Shown in pieces: positions 33,794 through 51,836 of a stretch of DNA of 64,000 nt. The notes beneath the pieces are model-generated. The model was not told the DNA's origin. It ran no database searches and saw only the letters and a program-made list of their open reading frames with translations. Position 1 is the first letter of the stretch, and the number at the start of each line of letters is the position of its first letter. Origin of the DNA: the human T2T-CHM13v2.0 reference genome, Homo sapiens. Position numbers and translations under genes: made by a program. The DNA lies in assembly GCF_009914755.1 (NCBI RefSeq), contig NC_060926.1; one strand, given 5' to 3'.

Positions 33794-34556
33794 TTATTAG
33801 TACATAGATGACAGAAAACCTAGAGCTCATGTAAGTAAGGGAAAGTGTAAAAGTAGATTTTTACAAGTCTCACTGAGAAGGTATTCACTAATTCCCCAAA
33901 TAGATTAGAATTACAAAATTACACAATTTTGAAAATTAAAGCAACCTAGAAATTTTTTTCAGTGTTCTAAAAAGCACAATGATTGCTGACAAAATTCTCC
34001 TTAAATGTAACTACAAAATGATTATTTCTATCTTGGCTACTAAATATTTAGAATGACAACTAATAAAAAGTAGCCCAATGCAGTAAAAAAAAGTAATCTG
34101 AAAGATTAAAATAAATTATTTAGAAGAGTTTAAATGGACAAGACCCAAAGCTAAAAACATGTAGCACATATTATAATTAGGAAAGTGGAAGCAATGTTAT
34201 CTGAATTAATGCCTCAAGTTATATAATCCCTAAAATAAAGGACACTAATAATTTTACTTTGACAGAATAACGATGCCAACATAAATCTACCCGATACATT
34301 TTACTCTGTCTCTCCTTCAGCTTACCAGTTGACTCTCAGGAGGTCTTGTCTGGGAGTATGCAAGGAAAATGCACAAATATGAAAGGTTTTTCAAACAATA
34401 ACAATTCTCTTGGCTTTGATGTCACTTCCTCTAAAAGACCAGGCTTGTCACTAAAACTATTTTCTTCATTGTTTACTTGAGGAGGGAACTGGGATCCCTG
34501 AATTTACACCACAATATTCAGGGAAAAAAGGATATTTTAAAAAGTAAAAATATTCA

Positions 34557-34751
<195 letters not shown>

Positions 34752-35134
34752 TTAAGGATAAAAATAACATTTATTCAACTGTCACCACAATAAAAATTTT
34801 AAATGTGTCATCAAATATTCTTTTTAAAAGTGTTTTTCTTGTGTGTTACTATTAATACACAACCAAGTTTTCTACATTAAAAGACCAAGATTAGCAGTGT
34901 TAAGATGGGTTATATCTTGTGACAGGCAGTAATATGTAGTTTTTCAAGGTGCATACCACTGAAAAGAAATGGGGAGCATAATCGATCTACTGAATTATCA
35001 TAGAGTTAGCATACCACTAAGCATGTAGACGAGGTTTTTTTTTTTTTAAGTGTGGAATTTGGTCTTAGGTTTCTGACCCCTATATTATTGTTATATAATA
35101 TTGAGATGATAAGGAAGATAAATATACAGAGAAC

Positions 35135-35350
35135 GATGCAATATAGTAGAAGGAATCTCAATTACAAAATCTAGGATCAAATTTTGACTCTACTTCTGTG
35201 TGACCTTGGGGCAAGTCACTTGATCTCTGAGTCTTACTTTTCCCATTTGCCAAATAAGGCTTATAAAAAGCCTACCCTGCCTACTTTTAGGGGTTGTTAT
35301 TAAAAACCAAAGCACTTTGTAAATGGTAACACACAATGTAAGTGTAAATG
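35135..35350 (+). mobile_element. MIR
   Basis: ctgtgtgaccttggggcaagtcacttgatctctgagtc...aaagcactttgtaaa. Confidence 0.7.
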
Positions 35351-35671
35351 GTTTTCTTTGTAATTATACTACAGAATTAACATTAGTATAATAAAGAACT
35401 TTGTCCATATCCACATTAAGATTTTGAGTGAAGCTATAATATACATATTTATGAAACTGAAACTCAAGCATATTTTCTATTACTGGCAAATATCTGTCAG
35501 ACAGAACGTCTCTACTTAACAAGAACTAAGTCATCAGTAACTAATTGTCAATACAGTAAGGTGGCTATGATTCAAGCAAGCACTTAACAGATGTATGAGT
35601 CACAATAATTCACTCATACATCTTAAACCTGTTCCTGGTTACCAAAAGGAAAAGTTAAGAAATCACATATT

Positions 35672-35781
35672 GGCTGGCTGCAATGGCCTATGCCTATAAT
35701 CTCAGCACTTTGGGAGGCCCAGGTGGGAGGATCGCTTAAGCCTACGAGTTTGAGATACCGTCTATTAAAATAAAATAAAAT
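35672..35781 (+). mobile_element. Truncated Alu left monomer
   Basis: ggctggctgcaatggcctatgcctataatctcagcactttgggagg plus (taaaa)n tail. Confidence 0.8.
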
Positions 35782-35890
35782 AACATTTTATCAATAGAGT
35801 TTTCATCCAACAATTTAGGAATACCTACTCTCTACCATGAATGAAAAGACTTGAGATACACAATCATGAAATATTCAAAGTGATTTATAA

Positions 35891-36242
<352 letters not shown>

Positions 36243-36623
36243 TAGTACATTAGTACTTGAAGGATTTTGTGTTTTTCACAGGTATTCCTTAAAGGTCAAC
36301 AACACATTCCTTTCTGCTTCAATTGATAAAAATCAGTTACATGCATGCGCATGCACATACCACATGCACTGATGACCTGTGAAAAGTAAACAGATTTCTT
36401 ACTTATATTCTAAACCATTTTTATTAAAATTTACTTAAAATACTTTAATGGTCAAATATTCTAGAAGTAATGAATACCATATTGTAATGTTTAATACTTA
36501 GCTTTTATTATCCAGATTTCTTATATTCATTATTAAAAACTCACCATACTTTCTACTAGAGGCATAATCTACATTTTTAGGAAAATTTTCAGTCTTAACT
36601 GTGTTAAGTAAAAGAAAAATTTA

Positions 36624-36939
<316 letters not shown>

Positions 36940-37301
36940 TCAACATAAAAAGGGTAACGAAAGATATTTTCCAAAGGATAAGAGACTTTAAAAGTGTACA
37001 TATTAATACAAAAATCAAATATCTTTTATTCATAATATTGTTCTTCAATATGGCCAGCTAGATTAAAGAAAGCCAATGGCCAGGGTTCATAAAGAAAGAT
37101 ACTAGGTTTTTACTTAACAGATATTACTAGTAGGCTGAAGGCTGGAATCCAGGTAATCTCTCAAAGTACCTTCCATCCCTATCATTTGAAACTATTTGCC
37201 TCTCACATGGCAGAATTCTGGGAGACAAATAAAATGTTACCATTAAACATTATCAAGTTTAGTCTTTAAAGCAGCAGATAATCTAACATTGAAAGCTATA
37301 T

Positions 37302-37484
37302 ACCAGGGGTATCCAATATTTTGGCTTCCCTGGGCCAAACTGGAAGAATTATTATCTTGGGCCACACATAAAATATACTAACACTAACGAGAGCTGATGA
37401 GCTTTTTAAAAATTGCAAAAAAATCTCATAATGTTTTAAGAAAGTTTACAAATTTGTGTTGGGCCGGGGGTTAGACAAGCTTGC
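37302..37484. mobile_element. MER30 (hAT-Charlie), internally deleted
   Basis: caggggtatccaatattttggcttccctgggcc...tagacaagcttg. Confidence 0.85.
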
Positions 37485-38364
37485 TGTATACCTTAAGGCA
37501 AATTTAATGAAAGCACCACTGAACGATGAATTAGTTCACTGAGTTGATTGAGAATTTAATCACTCAAAAGCAAAGCCCAGAGAAATTCAAGTCAGTAAGA
37601 TACAAGGCAATTTTTCGGTCTTAAATAACTAACAGGTAGCAGAATATTGAGCATTTGATATTTTGTCCTGGATACATTTTTTATATTTTTAATTCAGGAA
37701 AACATACCTAATGGTAGACAAAATATATAATTCTCATACACATAAAAATATTTATAAAAGAAAAAATCCACTTGGACATCCTTTGATTTTCTATCCTAAA
37801 AATGTTTCAAGTTTTGGAATCATTTATCTACTATTTAACTGTAGCATTTTACATACAGAATATTCTGGTATCTCAAAAATGTTAATATTTTAAAAGCCAC
37901 AAACCCAAAGTACATTTCAAACCCATAAAACTTTCCTGATGAAATACTTTTAAAATGTCATTTTTACCTTTATAGCATTAGGCAAGCCTCTAAAATAAAT
38001 TTCAGTGTAATAAATGACCTTTCTTGTACCACTTTTTGCTTCTTTTACTTAACATAGCTAATTTAAACTTGGCACTGGTGCAATATAATTCAAGCTAACT
38101 ACCATCAAAAGGGTGGCTTATTGTGGCTACAGAGACAAAGCAGTGGCAATTAGTATGTAAATGAGACTCAACAAAGCAGCATCCTCTTGTTACCAGTGAT
38201 ATTCAATACCATGCTTTTCATGAGTGCCTATTTAATAATAATGTGCAATAGTAACAATTACATTTGTACAAAGGCAGTTTATTTGAATAGTTTTTAAAAA
38301 AGTACTAAATCCTGAGATTATATTACCATATGAGATTGTACTTAAACTCATCTAGGGAATCATA

Positions 38365-38647
38365 TTATTATTTTTTTTTTTTTTTTGAGATGGAGTCTTG
38401 TTCTGTCTCCCAGGCTGGAGTGCAGTGGCACAATCTTAGCTCACTGCAACCTCCACACCTCCCAGGTTCAAGCGATTCTCCTACCTCAGCCTCCAGAGTA
38501 GCTGGGATTACAGCTGCGTGTTACCACACCCAGAAAATTTTTGTATTTTTAGTAGAGACAGGGTTTTGCCATGTTGGCCAGGCTGGTCTCGAACTCCTTG
38601 GCCTCCCAAAGTACTGGGATTACAGGCATGAGCCACTGTGCCCAGCC
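38365..38647 (-). mobile_element. AluS with internal deletion in left arm
   Basis: gaactcc|ttggcctccc junction; TSD ggaatcatatt. Confidence 0.9.
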
Positions 38648-39883
38648 AGGAATCATATTTTAAAGCAGAATGAAAACTCATATGCTCTATTGAGATGATA
38701 AAATTTAACTTTTCACAAGAAAGAAACCACTTTTACCAGTGACGAATTTTTTTGGTCCCTTAGAAATAAGTAAAGAGGCAATAGTCAATATGGTGTGTTC
38801 CATATGCAAAGGAAACCCTGGGAGATAAATGGGATTAAATGTAAGGAGCTGTCAAAAGAAAAAGCTACAATGAATATAAAGAATATAGCAGTATTCAGGA
38901 GACTAAAACTCAAGAGTGTTTGATACATAAAAAATAAATTGTTGTACCCAGTGCATTTTATATGCTCAATTCACTCACAATCATATAATGGCTTCCCTTT
39001 GATTAAAAAAAGGAATGCTTGAATTCGTTTTTATTCCTTGGAATTAATTTCCTCCAACATGGCATTGTATACAACGAAGGAACTACCATTTACTTGAAGG
39101 CACTAACAGGCAGGTACTAGATCCACAATTCTTGACTTTCAGTCCCGTGACTTTTCACTATAATAGGTACCCAAATAACTGAAATGACTTTGAAAAACCT
39201 CAATATTCACTAAATAAAACCTATTCCATAGAACAGGTAAATTGCAATGCACAAGAATGACAAAGTATACAGCCAAGAAATATACATTGTAATTGTCTAA
39301 CATTTGGGATATAAAAATAAAGATCTCCATTTATTTTAAATATTATATACATAGAGCTCATCACAACGTAACAGAACACAAGCAAAGATTAGGTTCACAT
39401 TTCGATTTTGGAATGTTATTTGCATACCGTTTGATGAGACACCACAGTGGATTACAACATAGAAAATGCAAAGAGTAACACTTGATTTACTAGCCCTCTT
39501 AGCAAATGTATGAAATATTATCCAAATTATTCCAGAACTAATTAACTAACTGCTGTGTAATTCAAGGCTTTTGCTCCTGTTTGCCATGACATCATTTTAA
39601 ACATTCCACTAAAAGCTGAGGGAAAGAAAGGTCATGACATTCAAATAAATTATTATTTTATGGTACCAGCACACCTAAAAGGTATGGGTGGAGAAGATGA
39701 AATTCTTAATTAAAACGAAATTTCAATTCCAAACATTAAACAGGCAATCAACCCTAAAAAATGTTACGATATGTCATTTATGAAAACATATCTTTTAAAA
39801 CCACCTCTCTGTTCTAATCAGAGAAAACATCACTAACTACAAATGTACCTCACAGCAGTCAAGTTTATTTAAAATTAAAAATT

Positions 39884-40213
39884 GGCCAGGTATAGTGGCT
39901 CACACCTGTAATCCCAGCATTTTGGGAGGCTGAGGTGGGCAGATCACTTGAGTCCAGGAGTTCAAGACTAGCCTGGACAACATAGCCAGATGCCGTCTCT
40001 ACCAGAAAATAAAATTAGCCAGGCATGGTGGCGCACAACCAGAGTCCCAGCTACTCAGGAGGCTGAGGTAGGTGGATTAATTGAGCCTGGGAGGTTGAGG
40101 ATGCAGTGAGCAGTGACTGTACCACTGCACTCCAGCCTGGGTGACAGAGTGAGACCCTGTCTCAAAAACAAAACAAAACAAAAAACAAAACCCCAAACAC
40201 CAAAACCAAAAAA
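39884..40213 (+). mobile_element. AluJ with (CAAAA)n tail
   Basis: Full dimer. Confidence 0.9.
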
Positions 40214-40432
40214 TTAAATTAAAAATTGGAGTAATACAATAGTTAGCTGTTTGTTTACAATGGCTCCTGTGGTACACTATCCTATGTTTAACTTTAGACA
40301 TTCAACATTTGTGGTCAGCTCCAATACCATGTAGCTTTGAGCCGATGGTTTCTAGATAAGAATTTCTGAATTTAGAAAGCTGGTTCAAGGGAATGTACAC
40401 TAGAGAGAACCTCCATTGATTCTCCACCAGAC

Positions 40433-40735
40433 TCGGTGGCTTACGCCTATAATCCCTGTACTTTGGGAGGTCTAGGTGGGAGAAGCCCTTGAGCCCAGAA
40501 GTTTGAGACCACCCTGGGCAACAAAGCGACGTCTCATCTCTACAAATAAAAATTTTAAAAAATTAGCCAGGCGTGGTGGCATGTGCCTACGGTCCTAGCT
40601 ACTTGTGAGGCTGAGGAATCACTTGAGCCCAGGTGGTCGAGGTTACAGTGAGCTGTGATAGCACCACTGCAATCCAGCCTGGGTGACAGAACAAGACTCC
40701 ATCTCAATAAATAAATAAATAAAAATAAAAAATAT
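40433..40735 (+). mobile_element. AluJ
   Basis: Dimer with small deletion and (TAAA)n tail. Confidence 0.88.
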
Positions 40736-40822
40736 AAGATCAGGATGAAATGATTAATTGGCCTAACACAAAAAAAGAAAACAGAAAAAAAAAAAAAAAA
40801 AAGCGAAAGAGGGGGAAAGAAA

Positions 40823-41117
40823 AGGCTGGGTGCATTGGCTCATGCCATTAACCCCAGCACTTTCGGAGGCCAATGTGGGAAGATCCCTTGAGCCCAGGAG
40901 TTTGAGATCAGCCTGGGCAACAAAATGGGACCTTGTCTCTACAAAAAAATAATTTAAAAAAATTAGTTGGGCATGGTAGTGCATGCCTGTAGTCTCAGTT
41001 ACTTGGGAGGCTGAGATGAGAAGATTGTTTGAGCCCATGAGTTCCAGACTGTAGCAAGCTATGATCACACCACTGCGCTCCAGCCTGGGTGACAGAGCGA
41101 GACCTATCTCTAAAAAA
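40823..41117 (+). mobile_element. AluJ
   Basis: Full dimer. Confidence 0.88.
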
Positions 41118-41229
41118 GAGGGATGGGGGTGTTAGGGGGAAGCCAGCGTATAAAGCCAATGTAGCCAGTGTATATGCTGGAGAATCAGAACAACAAAAAT
41201 TTAATTTTTATAGTGTACCAAAAACTTAT

Positions 41230-41717
41230 TGTTAAGGGTTGAATTGTGTCCCCCATGAAAGATGTATTCAAGTCCTAACCCCTGGTACCTATGAATGTGA
41301 TCTTCTTTGGAAATAGGATCTTGGCAGATGTAATCAAGTTGAGATGAGATCATCTTGGATTAGGGTGAGCCCTAAATCCACTGACTTGGTGTCTTTGTAA
41401 GAGAAAGGAAAGCGAGATTTGGATGCAGACACATAGAGAAGAACGTGAAGCTGTGAAGAAGCTGATGTGCAGATGGAGGCAAAGACGGGAGTGATGGCAT
41501 CTATAAGCCAAGGACCACCAAGAATCGCTGGGGTCCACCAGAAGCTAGGCAGAGGCAGCAGGGATTCTTCCTTAGAGCCTTTAGAGAAAGTGTGGCCCTG
41601 CCCACACCCTGATTTCAGATTCCTCACCTCCAGAACTGTGAAAGAATAAATTTCTGTTGTTTATAAGCCTCTGACTTCGTGGTACTTTGCTGTGGCAGCC
41701 TTAGGAAACCAAATACA
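41230..41717 (+). mobile_element. MLT1C/D-type MaLR solo LTR
   Basis: TG...CA ends, gttgaattgtgtcccc, aataaatttctgttgttt polyA region; 5-bp TSD cttat/ctcat. Confidence 0.88.
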
Positions 41718-41989
41718 CTCATGTACACACAACAACATAGACTTCAACCTGAATTTTAAAATAGAGGGAAACTTACTTTCCCCTAGGTTACAAGGACCCA
41801 GCATACAAGAAAAAGAATAGGCAATTCTCTAGGGAATTCAAAGTCATCCTGGATGGTTTTTTCTAAGGTTTGTTTGGGTGCATCTTGGGGAGAGGGAGAT
41901 AAAATCCCATGTATAAGGAACAAAGAAAAAGTTAATACCTTTGTGGAACCAAACATGTACTGATTTGCTAACCTTTAAAATATTGGTCA

Positions 41990-42289
41990 GGCCAGGTGTG
42001 GGGGCTCGCACCTATAATCCCAGCACTTTGGGAGGCCGAGGTGGGCAGATCACTTGAGGTCAGGAGTTCGTGACCAGCCTGGCCAACATGGCAAAACCCT
42101 TTGTCTACTAAAAATACAAAAATTAGCCAGGCGTAGTGGCGGGCGTCTGTAATTCCAGCTACTTGGGAAGCAGGAGAATCACTTCAGACCGCAAGGCAGA
42201 GTTTGCAGTGAGCCAAGATCTTGCCACTGCACTCAAGCCTGGGCGACAGAGTGAGACTCTGTCTCAAAATAAAATAAAAATAAAATAAA
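41990..42289 (+). mobile_element. AluSx/Sz-type
   Basis: Full dimer; TSD aaaata(t/c)tggtca. Confidence 0.92.
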
Positions 42290-42539
42290 ATACTGGTCAA
42301 TATATTTACTTAGCCCCAAGAAAGAAATCTAAATTTGTTTAATGAAGTAAATTAAACTTCACATACAAAAATCACATTATTGAAGCAATATGGTTTTCAA
42401 AAGGGCACAAAGGAAGTTTTTTTACTTCATAAAAAAATTAACTTTAACTTTTCAAGTTAAAGAGTGAAGACTTGACTGCTATCTTTAACTGCTGAAGGAA
42501 AGAGTATTTTTTCAGTGTCAGCAGCATTAAAGTCACACT

Positions 42540-42885
42540 ATTTTTAATTTATTTTTTAATCAACAAGTAAAAATCATATGTTTATGGTATATAATAGGAT
42601 CTTTTGATAGATGTATATAATCTGGAATGGCTACATCAAGCTACTTAAAACATGTGCATTAACACATACTTTTTTTCGTGGTGAGAACACAATATCTACT
42701 TTCTTAGCAGTTTTCAAATATGCAATGTATTGTTATTAACTGTAGTTACCATGATGTACGATAGATCTCTTGAATTTACACCTCCTAACTGAAATTTTGT
42801 GTCATTTGACCAGTATCTCCCTACTCCCCTACCCTCCAGCCTCTGGTAACCACCATTTTATTGTTTCTTTGTGTTCAACAGTCTT
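42540..42885 (-). mobile_element. L1MA-type 3' end
   Basis: gtggtgagaacac...ttattaactgtagttaccatg...cctctggtaaccaccatt. Confidence 0.75.
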
Positions 42886-43221
42886 ATACTATTAATAGCT
42901 AAACTTATCTTTTGACTTTGTAAAGTTTAAGGCATTCTACCTAAGTTTCCAAAATAAAGGTAATTATATAAAATTTACAGTTAAACTTTCTTTAAAATAT
43001 AAGACATAAGAATTTAAAGGAAAATGTATATATATTTTTTGCCACTCATTTTTTAACAAGCATTTATTGAAAGCCTAAATGCCAGACACTGTAATAGGTA
43101 TGAGAATTCAAAGATAATAGGGCTCCATTCTTCACAGAGCAAACAGTTGAATGATAAGGCAGACAATAAAAATGGAACAAGTTCTCTAAAGAGATGTATG
43201 TAAAGAAAGGAAGGAACTCAC

Positions 43222-43761
<540 letters not shown>

Positions 43762-44075
43762 AGAAAAAAAAAAAAAAAAAAGTGATGAGAGTCTTGTGGA
43801 CTAATTAGACAAAATTTCCTGCCCAATATACTGCTAACTTTGCAATATAACTTAGGCAGTAATACGAACCAGGGATACACATGCTTAAATCAGTAGAAAT
43901 CTTAAATTGCTAAATGATGCACTTATTAAAATTCTATTAATGTAAGTTATAATTTTAGAAATTTTAATTGCCTACACTTGAAGGAGTAAAAATTTCTTTT
44001 ATATTATTAAGATGATTGGGTTTTATAGCCTTCTGAACTTTCATCAAAGCTTCTTGGGTTCATTTGGAGGGGAAG

Positions 44076-44378
44076 GTTGTTTTGTTTTGTATTTTTGAGA
44101 CAGGGGCTTGCTCTGTTTCTCAGGCTGGAGTACAGAGGCGTGGTCATGGCTCACTGCAGCCTCGACCTCCTGAGCTCAAGTGTTCCTCCTGCCCAGCCTT
44201 TTGAGTAGCTGGAACCACAGGTGTGCACCACCATTCCTGGCTAATTTTATTTCTATTTTTGTAGAGACAGGGTCTTGCCATGTTGCCCAAGCTGGTCTTG
44301 AACACCTGGGCTCAAGCAATCCTCCTGTCTTAGCCTCCCAAAGTGCTGGAACTACAGGCGTGTGCCAACACACCTGGC
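44076..44378 (-). mobile_element. AluJ
   Basis: Full antisense dimer. Confidence 0.9.
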
Positions 44379-45685
44379 ATTCTTGTTTTTATTTATAAAC
44401 TGATAACGGCCTTAAGATTTTATATGGCCTTTGAATCTTTCTGAATTTCATTACAGGCTCAGGTTAAAAAAAAAAAAATCCCGTTATTAGAGAAACCATT
44501 ACAAAGAAAAATTCTATATAACAAAACAGTGTGTAAATGTCCCATTATAACTATAGTTAGTAATAATGAATTCTTTCTAAAGATTTTACATACTAAATGC
44601 TTCCTCTCTTGATTATCCTCTTAAGATACTCATCCTGTATTTCCAAAGACCTTAAATGGTATGCTATTGCTAAGAGCTTTGTCATTTCTGCCTAGTGATT
44701 AAAAATACCTTTTAACTCCCTTAGTCCTTTCTCAATGTAAACATTCCTAATTGAGAAATCAAACTGAATTCCAAATGACTACTATGCAGTGCAGAGACCT
44801 GAGAAAATGTAAGGATGAGAGTTCCTCCAGTTTACTGTTAATAAATTCACAGACCTTCTATTCATTCATTGATTCATTACAGAGAGCCCATTTTATCATC
44901 TGCAAACTATAAATATGATTTCCAGTAATATATTCTCTGTGAAAGAATCATGATACTAAACAGAAGTTTTCTTTGATGAAACAAATACTCATTTGAAAGC
45001 TAAAGAAATAATAACGCTATTAATGCATGTCTTCTTTTGTCTTTACAAGGCTAGTCCATTAAAGGTAGAGAGAATATCACTTTGAGCTACACTATTGAAT
45101 TATAATTTATACAGACTTTTATTTAATTTCAGTATATAACAGGAAAAGAAAAAAGAGACAACCCCTTTCCTTTCAGTCAGTGCTTAGTATTTTGAACTGT
45201 GATCAAATGGGCAATTTTTACTGAGATTACAGAAATTTATTGTTTCTAAAGTAATGATAAACAGTTTAATACAGATAGTTGCAAACTTGAGCTATGAAAG
45301 TCAGGTAAACTAACCTTCCCCATTACTTTGGCCTTATCCTCACACTGGCTCCCTTATCCTCACACTGAGTCCCTGAGTCTGCTGAGGTCCCCAAATGGAA
45401 ACTGCGATGCATAAATCCAAGGTTGTTTTCAAAGAATCAGCCATGTAAACAAAAAGTAAAGGTACAAGATAAAAATATCTGACAATTGCTTTAACATTCA
45501 CTAAAAAACCAAAAATAAAAAAAAGAAAAAACAAAAAACAAAAAAATTAAAAAACAACAAAAATAAAATTCACTACTAAGACGAGAAAATATGCTACTCT
45601 TTTGCAGACTGATTTCCATTTGCTTCTTGACTGGAAAAAGAAAACAGAAACACACTAATGTGCAGGGTACTCACACAATAATTTA

Positions 45686-45895
<210 letters not shown>

Positions 45896-45929
45896 TCAGA
45901 CATTGTACATCTTCATTTAAAAATTACTA

Positions 45930-46076
<147 letters not shown>

Positions 46077-46896
46077 TTACCATTACAAACACAGAAAGAT
46101 TTAATTATGGGGCACGACTATGCGAGCACAATTATGTATGTCTTTGAAAGTCTCTAAGCAAAAATTATATGACTACTAATTATAATTTTAATAGAAGAGA
46201 TCCCAATATTCTCAAGTAAGAGAGTAAATCAGTTCTTTCTGATGAATAATAAAATCCTTATATGTTATAACAGCTCTCATTAAAGGTTTCCAGTAGAGTA
46301 TTATCAACAAACATGGCCATAAGAGTGGGCAGACTTTTGGTTCTAGAAAACAAATCTTAACTTGACAACAACAAAGAATATAGATATGTACAACTAGGTA
46401 AGGTATAAACATTTAGAATACTGAAGCCAGACATGTTTTTATAGTTCTCAGTGGTGGACATGTACTTTCGTATTCTATAAACCAGAAGTAACAGTTCATG
46501 TCATCTAAAATTCATTGTGATAATTTCACAAAACAATTAAACAAAATCCGAACTGCCCAAAATTTTGCCATCATTAATATCACCAATCAATAAACTAAAT
46601 TCTAATGGCTCAGTTAAAAAGACCAGAATCTACTGGTTTTGAAGATTTCTGGGGAAAAAGAGAGTAGGTATCTTGATTTTAGCAGGAGAAATAGAGTCGC
46701 TACTCTTCTATCTTGTATAAAACTATTATGAAAATGGTGCTCTAGATTCTAGCATGAGCTCATTTCCATAAAGGGTAATTCTAGCAAGAGGAATAGGACA
46801 TCTAGTGGAGGAGCATAGTAGAAAAAGGCAGAAGGGAATGAAACAACGAAAGGTTGTTATGAATTAAATCACCCTTAATGTTATTTTTCAGATTGC

Positions 46897-47514
<618 letters not shown>

Positions 47515-48105
47515 CAGATTGCTTTTTAAGAAATGATTGAACAGTAATACCACCAGATCAGAAATCAGAAGACGTGAGTTCTGGTTGTTGCATTTTGCAA
47601 TATGGCATGTAAACTTCCAAGTCATACTGGATTCCTTGAGCTGGCTCTTAGTTGACTTCCCAATTTTTAACTCCTTCAACTTTCTTCTCAACTAAAAATT
47701 GCTATCATAATATAACACCAGAAATTGGAGTCTATTACGTTTTACAGAAATTGATAGTAAAGTTTCAAAAACAACAAGAGGATGGAGTCAGGCATGAATA
47801 CAGTGGACGGAAGAGAAGACTAAAAATGTGAAGAGATGCTTATAGCTTAGGTCTCTTCCAATTCAGAAATGATCATATGCCAAATATCATAATGTATACA
47901 TTCATCTATAAGTTGCCTTTTATACTCAAAAATTTTTCAAGATTCATCTATTTTGATTCATACAGTTCCTTTCAGTTTATTTTAAAACTATAATATTCTA
48001 CTGTATGAATATATCAGTTTTCTCTAATCCATTCTCCACTGATAGATAACTGTTTCTTGTTTTTCACAATTATAAAAAAAAATTCTGTAATTTGCACTTG
48101 GTATG

Positions 48106-49865
<1,760 letters not shown>

Positions 49866-50550
49866 TATAACTTAGTGTGCACATATGCATGAATATTTTT
49901 TAGAGCATGTAAACTAGAAGGGGAAGTTGCTTTCCAAAGTGATTATATCGATTTATATACTTAGCAGCAGTGATTTTTCCCAGTTGTCCACTTCCTTGTC
50001 AACATTTGATACTATCAGACTTAAAATTTGTTAGCCTGATGTTGTGAGACTATGCCAGTGTTATTTTTATATGTATTTCCCTGATTACTAGTAAGGTTGA
50101 GAATCTACTTATATGGTTGTGCGCCATTTATTTGTATCTTCTCTTCTGAGAATTGTTTATTAATAGCTTTTGACCATTTTTATTAGCTTGACTTTACATT
50201 TTAATTTATAGTTTTTAGAAAAGCTTTATTGAGATAAAATTCTAATACATTCACTTCACCCATTTAATGGGCAAAATGAGATTATTTTTAGTTTAACAGA
50301 ATTGTGCAACTACCATCATAATCTATTTTGGAATATTTTTATCACCCCCTCAAAGAAATCACACACTCTTCAGCTATTACCTCCCAATCCCCTAAACCCC
50401 TCAGCCCTAGGCAACCATAAATCTACTTTTTGTCTCCATGGATTTGCCTATTCTGGATATTACATGTAAATGGAATCATACAATATGTAGTCTTTTGTGA
50501 CTGGCTTCTTGTGTTCAGCATAACATTTTCAAAGTTCATCCATGTTGTAG

Positions 50551-50881
<331 letters not shown>

Positions 50882-51628
50882 TAATTTTTTTTATATTGTG
50901 GTAAAATATACACATGAAAATTTCCATTTTAGCCATTTTTACGTGTACAATTAAGTGGCATTAATAGACAATGTGCAACGGTCCATTTCCAGATCTGAAC
51001 TATTCTATCATCCCAAACTGAAACTCTGTATCCATTAAACAGTAACTGATCATTGCCTCTTCCCCGTAACCCTTGGTAACTTCTATTTTCTGTCTCTATG
51101 AATTTGACTACTCCAGTTACCTCATATTAGTGGAAACATACAATATTGTCCTTTTGTGTTTGGCTTATTTTATTAGCATAACGTTTCCAAGGTTCATCCA
51201 TGTTGTAGCATGTATTGGAATTTTATCCATTTTTAAGCTGAATTATATTCCACTGTATATTCTACTGTAATGTATTTACCATATACATTTAATTTAACCA
51301 TTCATCTGTTGATGGACATGTGAGTTGTTCCCAGCTTTTGGCTATTGTGAATAATGCTGCTATAAATGTTGGCATACAAGTATAGGATTGAATCTCTGCT
51401 TTTTGTTCTTTTGGGTATATACCTAGGAGTGAAATTTCTGGATCATATGGTAATTCTGTTTAACTTTTTGAGAAACCAGCAAACTGTCTGCCAAGCAGTT
51501 GCTCTGTTTTATATTTCTATCAGCAAAATACGAGGGTCTCAAATTCTCCACATCTTCATGAACACTTGTTACTTTCCCTTTATTTAAATTTTAGCCATCT
51601 TAGTAGATGTGAAGTGGTACTGCATAAT

Positions 51629-51836
51629 GTTTTTTCTTTTAGAGATGGAGTCTAACCTTGTCACCCAGGCTGGAGTGCAATCATGTGATTATGGCTCACT
51701 GCAGCCTCAACCTCCTGGGCTCAAGCAATCCTCCCACCTCAGCCCCCGAGTAGCTGAGACCACAGGTGCACACCACCATCCTGGGCAAATTTTCTAATTT
51801 TTGTAAAGACAGGGTCTCACTATGTTGCTCAGGCTT
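51629..51836 (-). mobile_element. 5'-truncated AluJ in L1
   Basis: Right arm plus part of left arm. Confidence 0.85.
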
